Source: Vampirovibrionaceae bacterium NZW_1234 (lineage in GTDB: Bacteria; Cyanobacteriota; Vampirovibrionia; Vampirovibrionales; JAGQHJ01). Taken from it: a stretch of DNA of 64,000 bases. Location: contig JBGUGD010000016.1 in assembly GCA_041697335.1 (NCBI GenBank), positions 128,001-192,000 on the forward strand, written 5' to 3'. Position 1 is the stretch's first letter. Each line of letters starts with the position of its first letter. The position numbers and the translations under genes were made by a program. Under the pieces are notes generated by a model. It was not told where the DNA came from, made no database searches, and worked only from the letters and a program-made list of their open reading frames with translations. Shown piece by piece: positions 19,689-29,398 of this stretch.

Positions 19689-20456
19689 ATGGGTATTCTA
19701 AAAAGCAGAACCGATATTCAAACCTTTACCCAAGCTGCCCATATTGCTGGCTTGGTGTGTGATGCCTTAATGGACGCCGCCCTGCCCGGGGTCACCACAA
19801 TGGAACTGGAGTCCTTGGCTAACCGCCTTTTACAGCAGCAGCGTTCTTCAGCGCCCTTTAAACTCTTCGAAGGGTTTAACCATGCCTGTTGCATTTCCAT
19901 CAACGACGAGATCGTCAATGGCCTGCCTGCACGCGATCGGGCCTTGCAGGAAGGCGATGTCATCAGTATCGCTGTCGGCAGCTGTTATCGGGATTATTAT
20001 GGAAAGGCAGCCCGAACCCGCTATTTGGGTGCCCATTGCCCTTCTGATATCCAGCAGTTGATAGAGGGCACAGACAGGGCTATTGCCGCCGTGATTGCTG
20101 CCTCTAAAACGACAACCTCCTTAAAACAGATGCTTCAGGCTATTGTCGATACAGCACATGCGTTTAATCTTCAAATTATCGATAGGTCCGCAGGCTGTGG
20201 CATTGGTAAGCAGCTTCATGATGCCCCGGCCACCTACAATCATCCGGATTGGTTAGACGAGGATGTCGAAGTGATCCCGGGAATGGCCTTTACATTAATG
20301 CCCATGATGACACTTGGGCCGACCGGCCAGTGGACCCTTCACGCGGATGGCTGGACCCAAGTGACCCAAGACGGAGCCACGGCTGCTCATATTGCCGACA
20401 GCTGCCTTATGACTGAAACAGGTCTGATTAACCTTAGTCGGATTCCTTCGGCCTAG
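19689..20456 (+). CDS. methionine aminopeptidase homolog lacking its metal ligands (pseudo-MetAP)
   Basis: Type I MetAP scaffold (PGVTT.EL, CISINDE, DGWT.VT.DG) with all five metal ligands substituted. Confidence 0.85.
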   Translation: MGILKSRTDIQTFTQAAHIAGLVCDALMDAALPGVTTMELESLANRLLQQQRSSAPFKLFEGFNHACCISINDEIVNGLPARDRALQEGDVISIAVGSCYRDYYGKAARTRYLGAHCPSDIQQLIEGTDRAIAAVIAASKTTTSLKQMLQAIVDTAHAFNLQIIDRSAGCGIGKQLHDAPATYNHPDWLDEDVEVIPGMAFTLMPMMTLGPTGQWTLHADGWTQVTQDGATAAHIADSCLMTETGLINLSRIPSA

Positions 20457-20607
20457 GAGGGACTAACTCCAGGATCAAGCCTGGTCGAGGGATTTCTTCC
20501 TGAGCTGGTCAGGTCGTGCTTGCATTGGCTATAATAAACGCGTATTCTGGGCTCAGGGACATTGCGAGTATCTTACTCGTGCTGGCTGTAGAGGGAGGCG
20601 AAAAACC

Positions 20608-20751
20608 ATGAGTCATAGGAACCATTATGACCCCTTGGCCATCCCTCACAAGAGGGACTCAACTTTTCCAGACAATCGTCGATACCCCCTCCATAGTGAT
20701 GAGGCTGTCCTGAAATCAAAAACCCGAGTAACCTCCCCAGGACAAGGTTAG
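20608..20751 (+). CDS. putative 47-aa small protein (MSHRNHYDPLAIPHKRDS...)
   Basis: The ATG is preceded by GGAGG and an upstream TATAAT. The ORF ends 11 nt before the next gene and is not in the supplied track. Confidence 0.35.
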   Translation: MSHRNHYDPLAIPHKRDSTFPDNRRYPLHSDEAVLKSKTRVTSPGQG

Positions 20752-20762
20752 AGGAAACGCTT

Positions 20763-21944
20763 ATGTTCTTAGTGAACCAGCCTTACGGACTCGAAATTCC
20801 TTGGGAAACCCTTGAAGGAATGTTAAAAGGCATATCGGCCATTGACATGAATCATGTCGGCCACACAAGCATAGAAGAGGCCGAGCAATTCATCTTGAAC
20901 TACGGCTATGATTATCATGACCCTGCAGATAGGGACGAATTAACCCGAATCAAAGCCGAAGCCATCTCCTTTATCCAACGTCGTTTTTTAGATGCCGACA
21001 TTGACTGGCAAGCTCTGGGCGAAGAAACCTTGGATTTAGCCATCCCTCCCTGCATCACTCAGAATGATGATATCCGAAAGCTCTTGCTTTTGGCTTCCCA
21101 AGGTGCCTCCATTGAACAACGCTGGGCCTGTGCCGTACTCAAAGTCATGCATATTATTTCTCATATTAACAATGCCATCTTGTACCGTTACTTTGAAGCG
21201 GCCAAAAGCCAAATATTAAGCCGGTATCAGAAGGTATTGTCCTACACCGACAGCGGCGAACTACTGCTGGGTAGCTCGGAAGATGTTCAGCTGGCTCTGG
21301 CTGGGTTTGAAATCAAGGACGAAAAATCCCGAGACAGTATCTTAATGAAACTCTTGTGCAAGCGTGAAAACGTGGCTGAAGAGGTCTTTGACATGATTGG
21401 GGTCCGTATTATTACCCATACATCGGCCGAAGCCATATTGGCCGTCGAAATCCTACGTCGGGCCAAAATTCTCCTGTTTCCCAACATCATCCCCAGCCGT
21501 AGCCGTAATTCACTCATGGATGTAGACGATTTTAAAATCCAGTACGATGAGGCCCTTGAAAAATACCAATGGGGTGAAACCCGGCTGGAAGATACCTTGC
21601 AGGCTATTTCACAGATCACGTCAGATACGCCTCCAGAAACGTTTAATCCCCAAAACGCCTCAACATTGGAGTCTTACCGCTCAATGCACCTGACGCAACG
21701 TCAGTTAATCCGGGTGCGCATGGACGGCACCGAAGAAGAGACTCGCTTTTTCTTCCCCTATGAACTCCAGATTGTGGATGAGGCCAATTACTTGCAAAAC
21801 AGTGCTGGCAGCAGTGCTCACAGCCTCTACAAGCAGAAACAACTGGTTCAGGCTCGCCGTCGGGTCCTAGGCCCCTTGTTTATCGCTCTTCGCAAACAAA
21901 ACCGCCATGCCACTGCCGATCTTGAGCCCAACGCCACGCCTTAA
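20763..21944 (+). CDS. TIGR04552/TIGR04562-like protein (RelA/SpoT-like nucleotidyltransferase fold)
   Basis: Motifs KSRDSILMKLL.K.ENVAEEVFDMIGVRII, YRSMH, FFPYELQIVD and H..YK.KQ...AR.RVL. Family recognised from memory. Confidence 0.75.
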   Translation: MFLVNQPYGLEIPWETLEGMLKGISAIDMNHVGHTSIEEAEQFILNYGYDYHDPADRDELTRIKAEAISFIQRRFLDADIDWQALGEETLDLAIPPCITQNDDIRKLLLLASQGASIEQRWACAVLKVMHIISHINNAILYRYFEAAKSQILSRYQKVLSYTDSGELLLGSSEDVQLALAGFEIKDEKSRDSILMKLLCKRENVAEEVFDMIGVRIITHTSAEAILAVEILRRAKILLFPNIIPSRSRNSLMDVDDFKIQYDEALEKYQWGETRLEDTLQAISQITSDTPPETFNPQNASTLESYRSMHLTQRQLIRVRMDGTEEETRFFFPYELQIVDEANYLQNSAGSSAHSLYKQKQLVQARRRVLGPLFIALRKQNRHATADLEPNATP

Positions 21945-22407
21945 AACGGCCTTATACAATACACTGGAGACAGAGTCTCCATGGCAGGCAACCTCTGACT
22001 GGGGTTGCTGGTACTGGCCTGATACCTTCTCAGGTGCTAGTTTTGCGGTTCGTTGGCAGCCACCCTCATCTCAACGAGCGCTAAACGCCCAAGGACTGCG
22101 TTCGCTGAGCTGGACACTCAGATCGCCAGCGTTTTCGGCTTGGCTTGACCAGAATGGCATTGCCCATGGGTATTGGATCATCACCTCAGCCGGCGCGGAT
22201 GTCCACGATCCTTTTGCCTCATTCAAAGCCCTCAACCAGCTGATTGAAACGGTTTTGGATCTCAAGCATACTCATTCCATGAGCTTTACGGGTGTTGTTG
22301 ATACACCGCTAGGCACATACGGCGGCGCCTCCCTCTTCCTGGCCACGGTATGTGACAGCCTGTGGTGTGATACTCCGACAGATCTTCACCTCCTTGGCAA
22401 CCATTAA
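21907..22407 (+). CDS. hypothetical protein resembling a truncated carboxyltransferase/malonate decarboxylase beta domain
   Basis: SAGADVHD...GVVDTPLGTYGG...CDSLW resembles the MdcD/AccD core, but the ORF is short. Confidence 0.4.
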   Translation: MPLPILSPTPRLKTALYNTLETESPWQATSDWGCWYWPDTFSGASFAVRWQPPSSQRALNAQGLRSLSWTLRSPAFSAWLDQNGIAHGYWIITSAGADVHDPFASFKALNQLIETVLDLKHTHSMSFTGVVDTPLGTYGGASLFLATVCDSLWCDTPTDLHLLGNH

Positions 22408-22442
22408 CACCAAAGCCCGTATCACCAAAACTCAGCTCAAGT

Positions 22443-24038
22443 TCAGCAAACTTGGGGCTGAACACGCTCCACACCTGCCAAGGCCAAGGGATGTTGTGGC
22501 TCCAGCGCCAACGCCTTTTGATAGTAGTCCAATGCCTGGGCATATTGCCCTAAGCCTTCATGGCTCACGGCGATATAACAGAACGCCAAACTATCATCAC
22601 GACCCAGAATGTACATATAGTGTTGAAAAGCTGCTTTGCAATCCTCATAAGCAGCCAGCTCCAGAAACACCATACCAAACCATTTATAGAACATAGCTTC
22701 CGTTGCTTCAGAAGGGAAAAACAAATTGGCTTCGACCCGTTTCAAGACTTGGACAATGTCCTGCTGCTGAAACGTCCATTCCACCGTACTGGCATGCTCG
22801 AGAATCTTGTCTTTACAGAGATTAAAGACCAAGGGATCCCAATGGCACAGCTTGAGCATACCGATACAGCTTTTCAGGATCTCTGCGCCAGGCTCATTGA
22901 GCTGGCCTTTCAACAAGGTCTGGGCATGGTAAAGACTGTTAATGGCGTTTTGATCACTCAAGACTTGTCCAAACGTATACTCGGCACGTTCACAACGTGA
23001 CTCCGCCTCTGGCCACAAGACCCCCATTGCGGTTTCCAAAAACAATGTATTATCCGCCGTAACCCACATCTGGCCGTGCTGGGCTGCCGCATAGCGTTGA
23101 AGCGCATCAAAGTTCACCATAAAGGACATAGCCCCCCCATGAATCCCATAGTGATGCTGGCGCTTGCCTCGAATCAGATCTGGGCTGACAAATCCTTTAT
23201 CCGTAGCCAGTAAAATGACCCGATTATCCGACAAGCACTGCAAATTCTGGAGGGTTCGAAATGCTCCAATAGGGAAGATAAAGCTGGCTTCAGGATACGC
23301 TCGGGCATAGTCGGCCAAAATCCCATCCAATACTGCATCCTGATAGTAGGGGAGGACAATAGGCAGGGCCCGCTCTTCTCGGCTCAAATCCGCAATGCGT
23401 AAGGTTTCCGGTGTCTTTCCCAAATGGGCAGGGGCATAAAAGTCCAAGCGGATCTCAGCCAACTGCCCCCCTTCCACACAAAAGAGATCATGCTTCAAGG
23501 TATCGAAACAGTAATTGGCCAGAGCCACCACCGGATTTTTTAGCTGCCCTTGGCCCAATGTCTTCTTGGACCATCGTAAGCAAAGTGACTCTTGATCTTC
23601 AGGCCGAAATACAGCGGCATCCAAGAGCCCGGCTTCAAAGTAGGGTTTCAGCTTAGGGTGCTGCTCCCAAAAGGTCACCAGATTTTCCGTAAAGTCGGTT
23701 AAAACATAGCAGAACTTGATGTTTTTAAGGCTCGGCAAACGGGTGTGCTTTTCCGCGAGGGCTTTAAGCACGTAAAACCCCAGGGTCCCGGACCCGGCAG
23801 CCAATTCCAGGAGGTAAACCGGCTCTTGGGACGAAAGCAGATCCCGCTGATCGGCCAGGGCATTCAAAATCAGATCGGCATAGATGCTTCCCAAGAAGGC
23901 ATTACTGGTGGGGTAAAACGGAATCTGCTCCTCCCAAGCCCCGATACTCTCCTGATCATAATAAGCCTCCATCAGGGGCCATAAAATCGACTCGGACAGT
24001 CGTGTGTTGTGACTGACACAGACCCGATCAGCGGACAT
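22443..24038 (-). CDS. SAM-dependent methyltransferase (MidA/DUF185-like) with C-terminal TPR repeats
   Basis: Motifs LELAAGSG, ANYCFD and VNF. The C-terminal TPR reads LGQYAQALDYYQKALALEP. Confidence 0.75.
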   Translation of the reverse strand: MSADRVCVSHNTRLSESILWPLMEAYYDQESIGAWEEQIPFYPTSNAFLGSIYADLILNALADQRDLLSSQEPVYLLELAAGSGTLGFYVLKALAEKHTRLPSLKNIKFCYVLTDFTENLVTFWEQHPKLKPYFEAGLLDAAVFRPEDQESLCLRWSKKTLGQGQLKNPVVALANYCFDTLKHDLFCVEGGQLAEIRLDFYAPAHLGKTPETLRIADLSREERALPIVLPYYQDAVLDGILADYARAYPEASFIFPIGAFRTLQNLQCLSDNRVILLATDKGFVSPDLIRGKRQHHYGIHGGAMSFMVNFDALQRYAAAQHGQMWVTADNTLFLETAMGVLWPEAESRCERAEYTFGQVLSDQNAINSLYHAQTLLKGQLNEPGAEILKSCIGMLKLCHWDPLVFNLCKDKILEHASTVEWTFQQQDIVQVLKRVEANLFFPSEATEAMFYKWFGMVFLELAAYEDCKAAFQHYMYILGRDDSLAFCYIAVSHEGLGQYAQALDYYQKALALEPQHPLALAGVERVQPQVC

Positions 24039-24067
24039 CTAGAAACTCCTACCCGGACGAAACACCA

Positions 24068-24556
24068 TTAACAGTGAAGCCCCTTCAGCCCGCGTTTTTG
24101 AAAGTACTGCTGGTGGTAGTCTTCAGCCGGATAGAATTGGGGCGCAGGCTTGACTTCGGTCACAATAGGTTTGCCCGCGTAGCGACTGGCTTGTAACGCG
24201 AGAATTGCCTCGTTCACCTGGGCTTGCTGTTCAGGGGCATGGTAAAAGACCGCTGAGCGGTACTGATGCCCAATATCCGGGCCTTGGCGATTCAGTGTGG
24301 TCGGGTCATGGATTTCCCAGAACACATTGAGCAACACGTCATACGAGACTGCCTGTGGATCAAAGGTTACTTCAACAGCCTCGGCATGCCCCGTATTTCC
24401 TGTACAGACCTCTTCATAGGTCGGATTTTCCTTGTGGCCGCCAATGTAGCCGACTTGCGTCGAAAGGACACCCGGAATTTCCTGAAATGCCGCTTCCACA
24501 TGCCAAAAACAGCCTGCCGCAAAGGTTGCTTTCTCACTCATCGGTATTTCCTCCAT
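24068..24556 (-). CDS. msrA: peptide-methionine (S)-S-oxide reductase
   Basis: Motifs AGCFW, PTYEEVC.G.TGHAE, HDPT and AEDYHQQY. The start may be 24541. Confidence 0.96.
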   Translation of the reverse strand: MEEIPMSEKATFAAGCFWHVEAAFQEIPGVLSTQVGYIGGHKENPTYEEVCTGNTGHAEAVEVTFDPQAVSYDVLLNVFWEIHDPTTLNRQGPDIGHQYRSAVFYHAPEQQAQVNEAILALQASRYAGKPIVTEVKPAPQFYPAEDYHQQYFQKRGLKGLHC

Positions 24557-24709
24557 TGGCTATCCATCATTACCTACCCCGTAGGTTGCCATTTCTCCAT
24601 CATACCATTGGTGATCCAGCCTTGCATCGGCCACGCTGATCGCAAAAAGCCTGGCAATTTTTTGGCTGGCGCGGGTTTAGTATGAGCACGTGTGAGGAGG
24701 ACCCATGCC

Positions 24710-25279
24710 TTGTTAACACCCGGCCCAACATCCTATACCGCTTTGCCCGGATGGCCTTACATTCCCGCGCAACCCTACCTGCCCGCCGCTCCCATGCCCT
24801 CGACCCAGGCAGGGCCAGCGCCGACATTATCACCGGTGCCCATTCCCTACCCCTACCCTGCCTTTTTGTTACCAAGATCCCCAATAGCACCTGTGAATCC
24901 CTTACCGGTGAATGCCTCCTCAACACCCACGCAATCCAACGTGTCGGCACCACGAGACATTGAAGAAGTGCGGGCCAGCCATATTCTTGTCAAAACGCAG
25001 GCTGAGGCAGCCCAATGGCGCCAAAAGATCCTCTCCGGACAGATTAGCTTTGAAGAGGCCGCAAAACAGGTCTCGACATGCCCTTCAGGCAAAAAAGGAG
25101 GCGACCTGGGCTTTTTTGATCGAGAGCAAATGGTGGAAGCCTTTAGCAAAGCCGCATTTTCGCTACCCAAAGGCCAACTCTCGGAGCCCGTGGAAACGCC
25201 CTTTGGCTGGCACCTGATCAAGGTTGTGGATCAAAAACTGGCTAACCCCAATGCTGCTCAGATCGCTAGCGAGCGTTAG
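24710..25279 (+). CDS. parvulin-type peptidyl-prolyl isomerase with a Pro/Tyr-rich N-terminal region
   Basis: Motifs VRASHILV, S.CPS...GGDLG.F and TPFGWHLI. Start set at the TTG 9 nt after AGGAGG. Confidence 0.88.
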   Translation: MLTPGPTSYTALPGWPYIPAQPYLPAAPMPSTQAGPAPTLSPVPIPYPYPAFLLPRSPIAPVNPLPVNASSTPTQSNVSAPRDIEEVRASHILVKTQAEAAQWRQKILSGQISFEEAAKQVSTCPSGKKGGDLGFFDREQMVEAFSKAAFSLPKGQLSEPVETPFGWHLIKVVDQKLANPNAAQIASER

Positions 25280-26501
25280 GCAGCGGGTAGGCCCGAACCA
25301 CCCAATCCACCTTCGTGGTTCTGCCATGGGGTAGCACCCGTGGCTGAATGGCAACATAGGCCGGATGTTTTAAACCCAGGATTTCAACATTGACCGGATG
25401 GCGACGCTCGGGATCGGCGGGTATCAGATAGGCCTCACCCTCTGATGCATCGTTCTGCTGGGGCTTAAGAATATGGATGTTCCCCTGGGAATCGGTGACC
25501 TTCAACCGCACCTGACGGCCCATATTCGTAATTTTGAGCCCGGTATTGAACATATCTTCAATGTCCCCAAAAGCTTGGGTCCGAATCACGCCATTCATCA
25601 CTTCAAGCTTGAGATAATGTCGTTCTCGCCCATGATTATCATCATAACGGCCGATGGCCACCTGATCGAGGTGATCTGTCTCCTCCCACCCTTCTAACTC
25701 ATCATGGGTATACCCAAAGGATCGCCGAGAACCGGATTTGGCCAAGCGATCATCGTCGTCCTCCTCACCGTCATCCCCACCCCGAGTGGGATCATAGTCC
25801 CGATAAGGTAAGAATTTCGAGGAGTCCGACTCTTCATCATTATTGTCAGCGTGATACGACTCATCCGAAGCATCGTCAAAACGCGCTCCTGTGCTTGAAA
25901 GGTCTTCGTCATCCTCCTCATTCACACTCCGGTCATCGTCTTGCAAAGGCATCACAGGCTTGCTGATGACCAATTCCCGGCGATCTTTGTTCAAGACCCC
26001 ATCATAGAAATAACCGGCAACGGCATGAAACAAGGGAATCCGGATCTGGCTGGCACTGGAGACCACGAAGAGCTGCCGAAAGGTTTCATCCAAATGTCCC
26101 AGTGTCTTTTTATCCCTTGCTGATCCCATTACCTTGGCTTTCACCATCTGGGCACGGGGATCGGTGTGGAGGAACATCGCAAGTGTCCAAATCGGATCAA
26201 GCCCATCCGAGTCGTACCCGATGTGCTTGGCATTGGCCATTAAATGAGCCAAATCCTCAACGTTTAGCCCCACCGCAGCCATCACTCGTTTTCGCTCAGC
26301 GTCAGAGGGCACATTCAGCGGATACTCATTAACCCACGCGTGCCATGAGGGGTAGAGAGCCCCCGAGAATACAACCTGATCCTGTTTCAAAGCCTGTTTA
26401 GACAGACCCACAGGCAGAGTCCCATGGCCAACCTTGAAAGGCGGTCGCTCGAAACGCATCAGCCGAAGCCCGGAAGCCTGAATCTTCATAACCGTCTCCA
26501 A
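25266..26501 (-). CDS. hypothetical protein with an acidic central region
   Basis: 411-aa ORF with a D/E-rich tract. No family recognised. Confidence 0.7.
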   Translation of the reverse strand: METVMKIQASGLRLMRFERPPFKVGHGTLPVGLSKQALKQDQVVFSGALYPSWHAWVNEYPLNVPSDAERKRVMAAVGLNVEDLAHLMANAKHIGYDSDGLDPIWTLAMFLHTDPRAQMVKAKVMGSARDKKTLGHLDETFRQLFVVSSASQIRIPLFHAVAGYFYDGVLNKDRRELVISKPVMPLQDDDRSVNEEDDEDLSSTGARFDDASDESYHADNNDEESDSSKFLPYRDYDPTRGGDDGEEDDDDRLAKSGSRRSFGYTHDELEGWEETDHLDQVAIGRYDDNHGRERHYLKLEVMNGVIRTQAFGDIEDMFNTGLKITNMGRQVRLKVTDSQGNIHILKPQQNDASEGEAYLIPADPERRHPVNVEILGLKHPAYVAIQPRVLPHGRTTKVDWVVRAYPLPNAR

Positions 26502-26718
26502 TCACACACAAGGCCGCTACAGGGGCATTCAACCACAAATTCATTTATTTCAAAAGCGTCATTCTCAGCGTAACCCATGCTTGTTGGAAACAAAATGCAT
26601 TTTAAGCGTCTTCAGCCATAATAGAGATGTACCGGCCCCGCATTTCGTCCAGCACACGAAATGGAACACAGGTTGGCGCAATCTGGAAGTCGACGTGTTG
26701 AACAATAGGAGTTCTCCA

Positions 26719-28221
26719 ATGGCATTATTGAATCACCTTCCCCGTATCCTTGCAGCCACTTTGCTGCTGACCACGGCTGTTTCCTGGGCCTTTCATGAAA
26801 GCCCTTCAGAGCGGGATCAACGGCTGAAAGAAGCCTTTGCCGAGGAAAACATTGCCTTAAATCCTGCCCAGATCAAGGCCATTCGAGATAACGTACGCCT
26901 GGGGGTACAAGAATCCTGCCAACACCGGGCCGGGAACAGCAAGGTCAAGTTTACCGCCGTAGAAATTGCCCAAGAACTCAGGCTGGATCCTGCCCTTGAC
27001 ACCTCCCTGGTGGATCGCATCAGCCGTGCCCTGGATAAACTGGCTCACCAAAGCGACGACTGCCATTTGCAAGTCCTTCGCGAGGACAGTTGGGAGACGT
27101 ACTACAACAACACCCTTTCATTAACCAACAATGCCGCCTTCTTGACCTTGCTGGAAGACAAGCAATTTTTTCCAGTTAAAATCTCCTGGGAAGACATTGG
27201 ACGATATGAGAACAGTGTCTGGGGTGACCGGATCAGCGATGTGGGTATCTGGGTCCGCAAGCATGAACCGGATCCAAGTTCTGCGGAGCTCGCTTTATCC
27301 GTCCGACGGGATAGTAATTTTCGGGATAAAGTCCTTGTCGTCCCCGCCAACCAAATCAAAGTCCACCTCAACCGAGGAAATCACACCGATGAAGTGACCT
27401 TGCCCGAACGATTGGCCCAATTGGGGCTGAGCTCCAACCACCGGGATCGCAATGTCATTGTCTCCAACCAGTTCGCCATTGTCCCTGTTCCAGCAAAAAC
27501 CATGGATGTTGCTCGCAAAACGGGGCAAGCACCGCGAGTCGCCTTTAACTTCAGTATTTACCCTTACGGCTCCACCAACTATGTCATCACCGATGTCATT
27601 GAAGGCAGTTCAGACGCCATTGTCGGCCCTGGGAACCACCAATTGCTGTTTACCAATATCAACGGCAAAAAAGCCCCGTTCACTGCCAGCCGAGCCGCAG
27701 AGCGCCCGGATCTGTTAAAGCTGGAACGCGATCTCAAAGCCAAGGGCATGGATGTGGATGTGCAGCGCTATTACTTAATCCAAATTCCGCTGAAGAAAGA
27801 TGCTAAAGGCATTACCCTGGCCAATATGGGAACGCCACCCGCCATCCGTTACCCCGCCTATGCCGATGTAGCTCCCTCTGCCGGTGGTGTGGGCAGTGGC
27901 TATGATATGGAAGAGAATGCCCAGAATGTCATGGCTCCGAGTCCGGCCCCTGGCATGGCCAAGAAAGCCGCTGAATCCCGAGCGAAAGGCCTCAGCAAAG
28001 TGGCTATCGGCCATGGAGAGGCTGAAGGCATCTATCGAACAGGAAGCGGCTTCCGAGGTCAGCGGGCCGATGAACCCATCCGGGTCACCGTGGTCTACTT
28101 CGTTACCCCCGTGGGTCAAGTGACTGAAAACGATATGGACACCTTTACCCGAGCCTTTGAAGCCTGGGATGGCCAAGCCCTATGGAACGGCTCATTTGTG
28201 GTTAAAGAAAAAACCATGTAG
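26719..28221 (+). CDS. hypothetical exported protein
   Basis: AGGAG RBS before the ATG at 26719. Sec-type signal peptide (RILAATLLLTTAVSWA). Confidence 0.75.
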   Translation: MALLNHLPRILAATLLLTTAVSWAFHESPSERDQRLKEAFAEENIALNPAQIKAIRDNVRLGVQESCQHRAGNSKVKFTAVEIAQELRLDPALDTSLVDRISRALDKLAHQSDDCHLQVLREDSWETYYNNTLSLTNNAAFLTLLEDKQFFPVKISWEDIGRYENSVWGDRISDVGIWVRKHEPDPSSAELALSVRRDSNFRDKVLVVPANQIKVHLNRGNHTDEVTLPERLAQLGLSSNHRDRNVIVSNQFAIVPVPAKTMDVARKTGQAPRVAFNFSIYPYGSTNYVITDVIEGSSDAIVGPGNHQLLFTNINGKKAPFTASRAAERPDLLKLERDLKAKGMDVDVQRYYLIQIPLKKDAKGITLANMGTPPAIRYPAYADVAPSAGGVGSGYDMEENAQNVMAPSPAPGMAKKAAESRAKGLSKVAIGHGEAEGIYRTGSGFRGQRADEPIRVTVVYFVTPVGQVTENDMDTFTRAFEAWDGQALWNGSFVVKEKTM

Positions 28222-28268
28222 GTCTCAAGAACTCGGATCCGTTTTTCCACAGGCGAGCCTAAGCCGGA

Positions 28269-29309
28269 TTGACATCCCTGGAAAAGGTCCTTAGAGTGGA
28301 TGACAAGACCCTAAGTCTTGTTTCAGGAGTTGTCGTGCTTTTAGGCTCCCCCTTTGAACAGCCTTCGTTTCAGTCCTGCTGGGTAACCCACTTCACACCC
28401 AAATTCGGATTAGTGAGCCAGGTAGGGGACTTCGTGGTTCACCCCGAACGTCGGGCCAAAGGATTACTCCGTCTCAGGGCTTTACGCTTGAAAGGCTGGA
28501 ATGTGGCGTGGTCACAACGACTCAACGAGAACCACTGGACCGCCTTTGATGCGGCGTTAGACCAAAAGTCGTGGGACTATTTCCGCCTGACCTGTGACAC
28601 CTCGGAACCGGCCTTAGACGAGACCAAAGCAGCATTACTGGAGCGAAAACTCCTCCTGTATCTATTTCAAGCCCCAGTTCACTACTCAGTGGACCTGTCA
28701 GAAGGCTGGGAAGCGTATTTCAACAGCCGCAGTGCCAATACCCGTAAAAACATCCGAAAAACCTTACGCCAGGCCAAGGCCTTTAAGCCACATCGTGTGT
28801 TCTTCGAAGGGACTGAGGGAGTTGACGCTTTCTGTGATGCTTTTTTCCCTTTACACCAGCGCTATTGGCAAGAAAAATCAGGCCAGAGCTATTTTAACGA
28901 CCCCCAGGAACAAGCCTTTACCCGGGCTTGGCTCAAGCAGCTTCAAGATCAAGGAGTATTGACCCTGGAAGCCCTACACCTTGACAAAACCCTGGCCAAT
29001 CTGAGTGCCAGCTTTCAATGGGGAGAGGCAAGTTATTGCCTTTACACCATGAATACCGGCCATCACCTGGAGCTTTCGCCCGGGGTGCTCAGCCTCTATC
29101 TGCGTTTTCAACGGGCACAGGAAGAGGGCATCACGACGTTTTTACTGGGTCCGGGTGATTATCCCTATAAACGCCAGCTGGCCAACCACACCATCGCCCA
29201 TGAGGACTGGCTTGTTGTTCCTCAATACTCTTGGGCTGGCCGCCTCTATGCCCTTGGTTTAAGCCGTTGCATGCCCCCAGTCCCCCCCCAGCAAAGCCAG
29301 ACGATATAA
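28269..29309 (+). CDS. GNAT family N-acetyltransferase (CelD/BcsL-like)
   Basis: Motifs W..YF..RSANTRKNIRK, LSPGVL and F.LGPGDYPYK. Confidence 0.8.
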   Translation: MTSLEKVLRVDDKTLSLVSGVVVLLGSPFEQPSFQSCWVTHFTPKFGLVSQVGDFVVHPERRAKGLLRLRALRLKGWNVAWSQRLNENHWTAFDAALDQKSWDYFRLTCDTSEPALDETKAALLERKLLLYLFQAPVHYSVDLSEGWEAYFNSRSANTRKNIRKTLRQAKAFKPHRVFFEGTEGVDAFCDAFFPLHQRYWQEKSGQSYFNDPQEQAFTRAWLKQLQDQGVLTLEALHLDKTLANLSASFQWGEASYCLYTMNTGHHLELSPGVLSLYLRFQRAQEEGITTFLLGPGDYPYKRQLANHTIAHEDWLVVPQYSWAGRLYALGLSRCMPPVPPQQSQTI

Positions 29310-29398
29310 GGCCTCCGAGAAGAGGGAAGCCGATTGCTGATCCTCTATCTTTGGCGGACAATCAAAGCCGAGTGGATGATGGTGGATGAGGAGACGCC

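Noticed and set aside
19689..20456. Calling the gene a functional map
   Set aside because: All metal-binding residues are substituted.
29310..29398. Purine riboswitch upstream of the NCS2 permease
   Set aside because: The conserved purine-riboswitch core sequences were not found, and the spacer is short.
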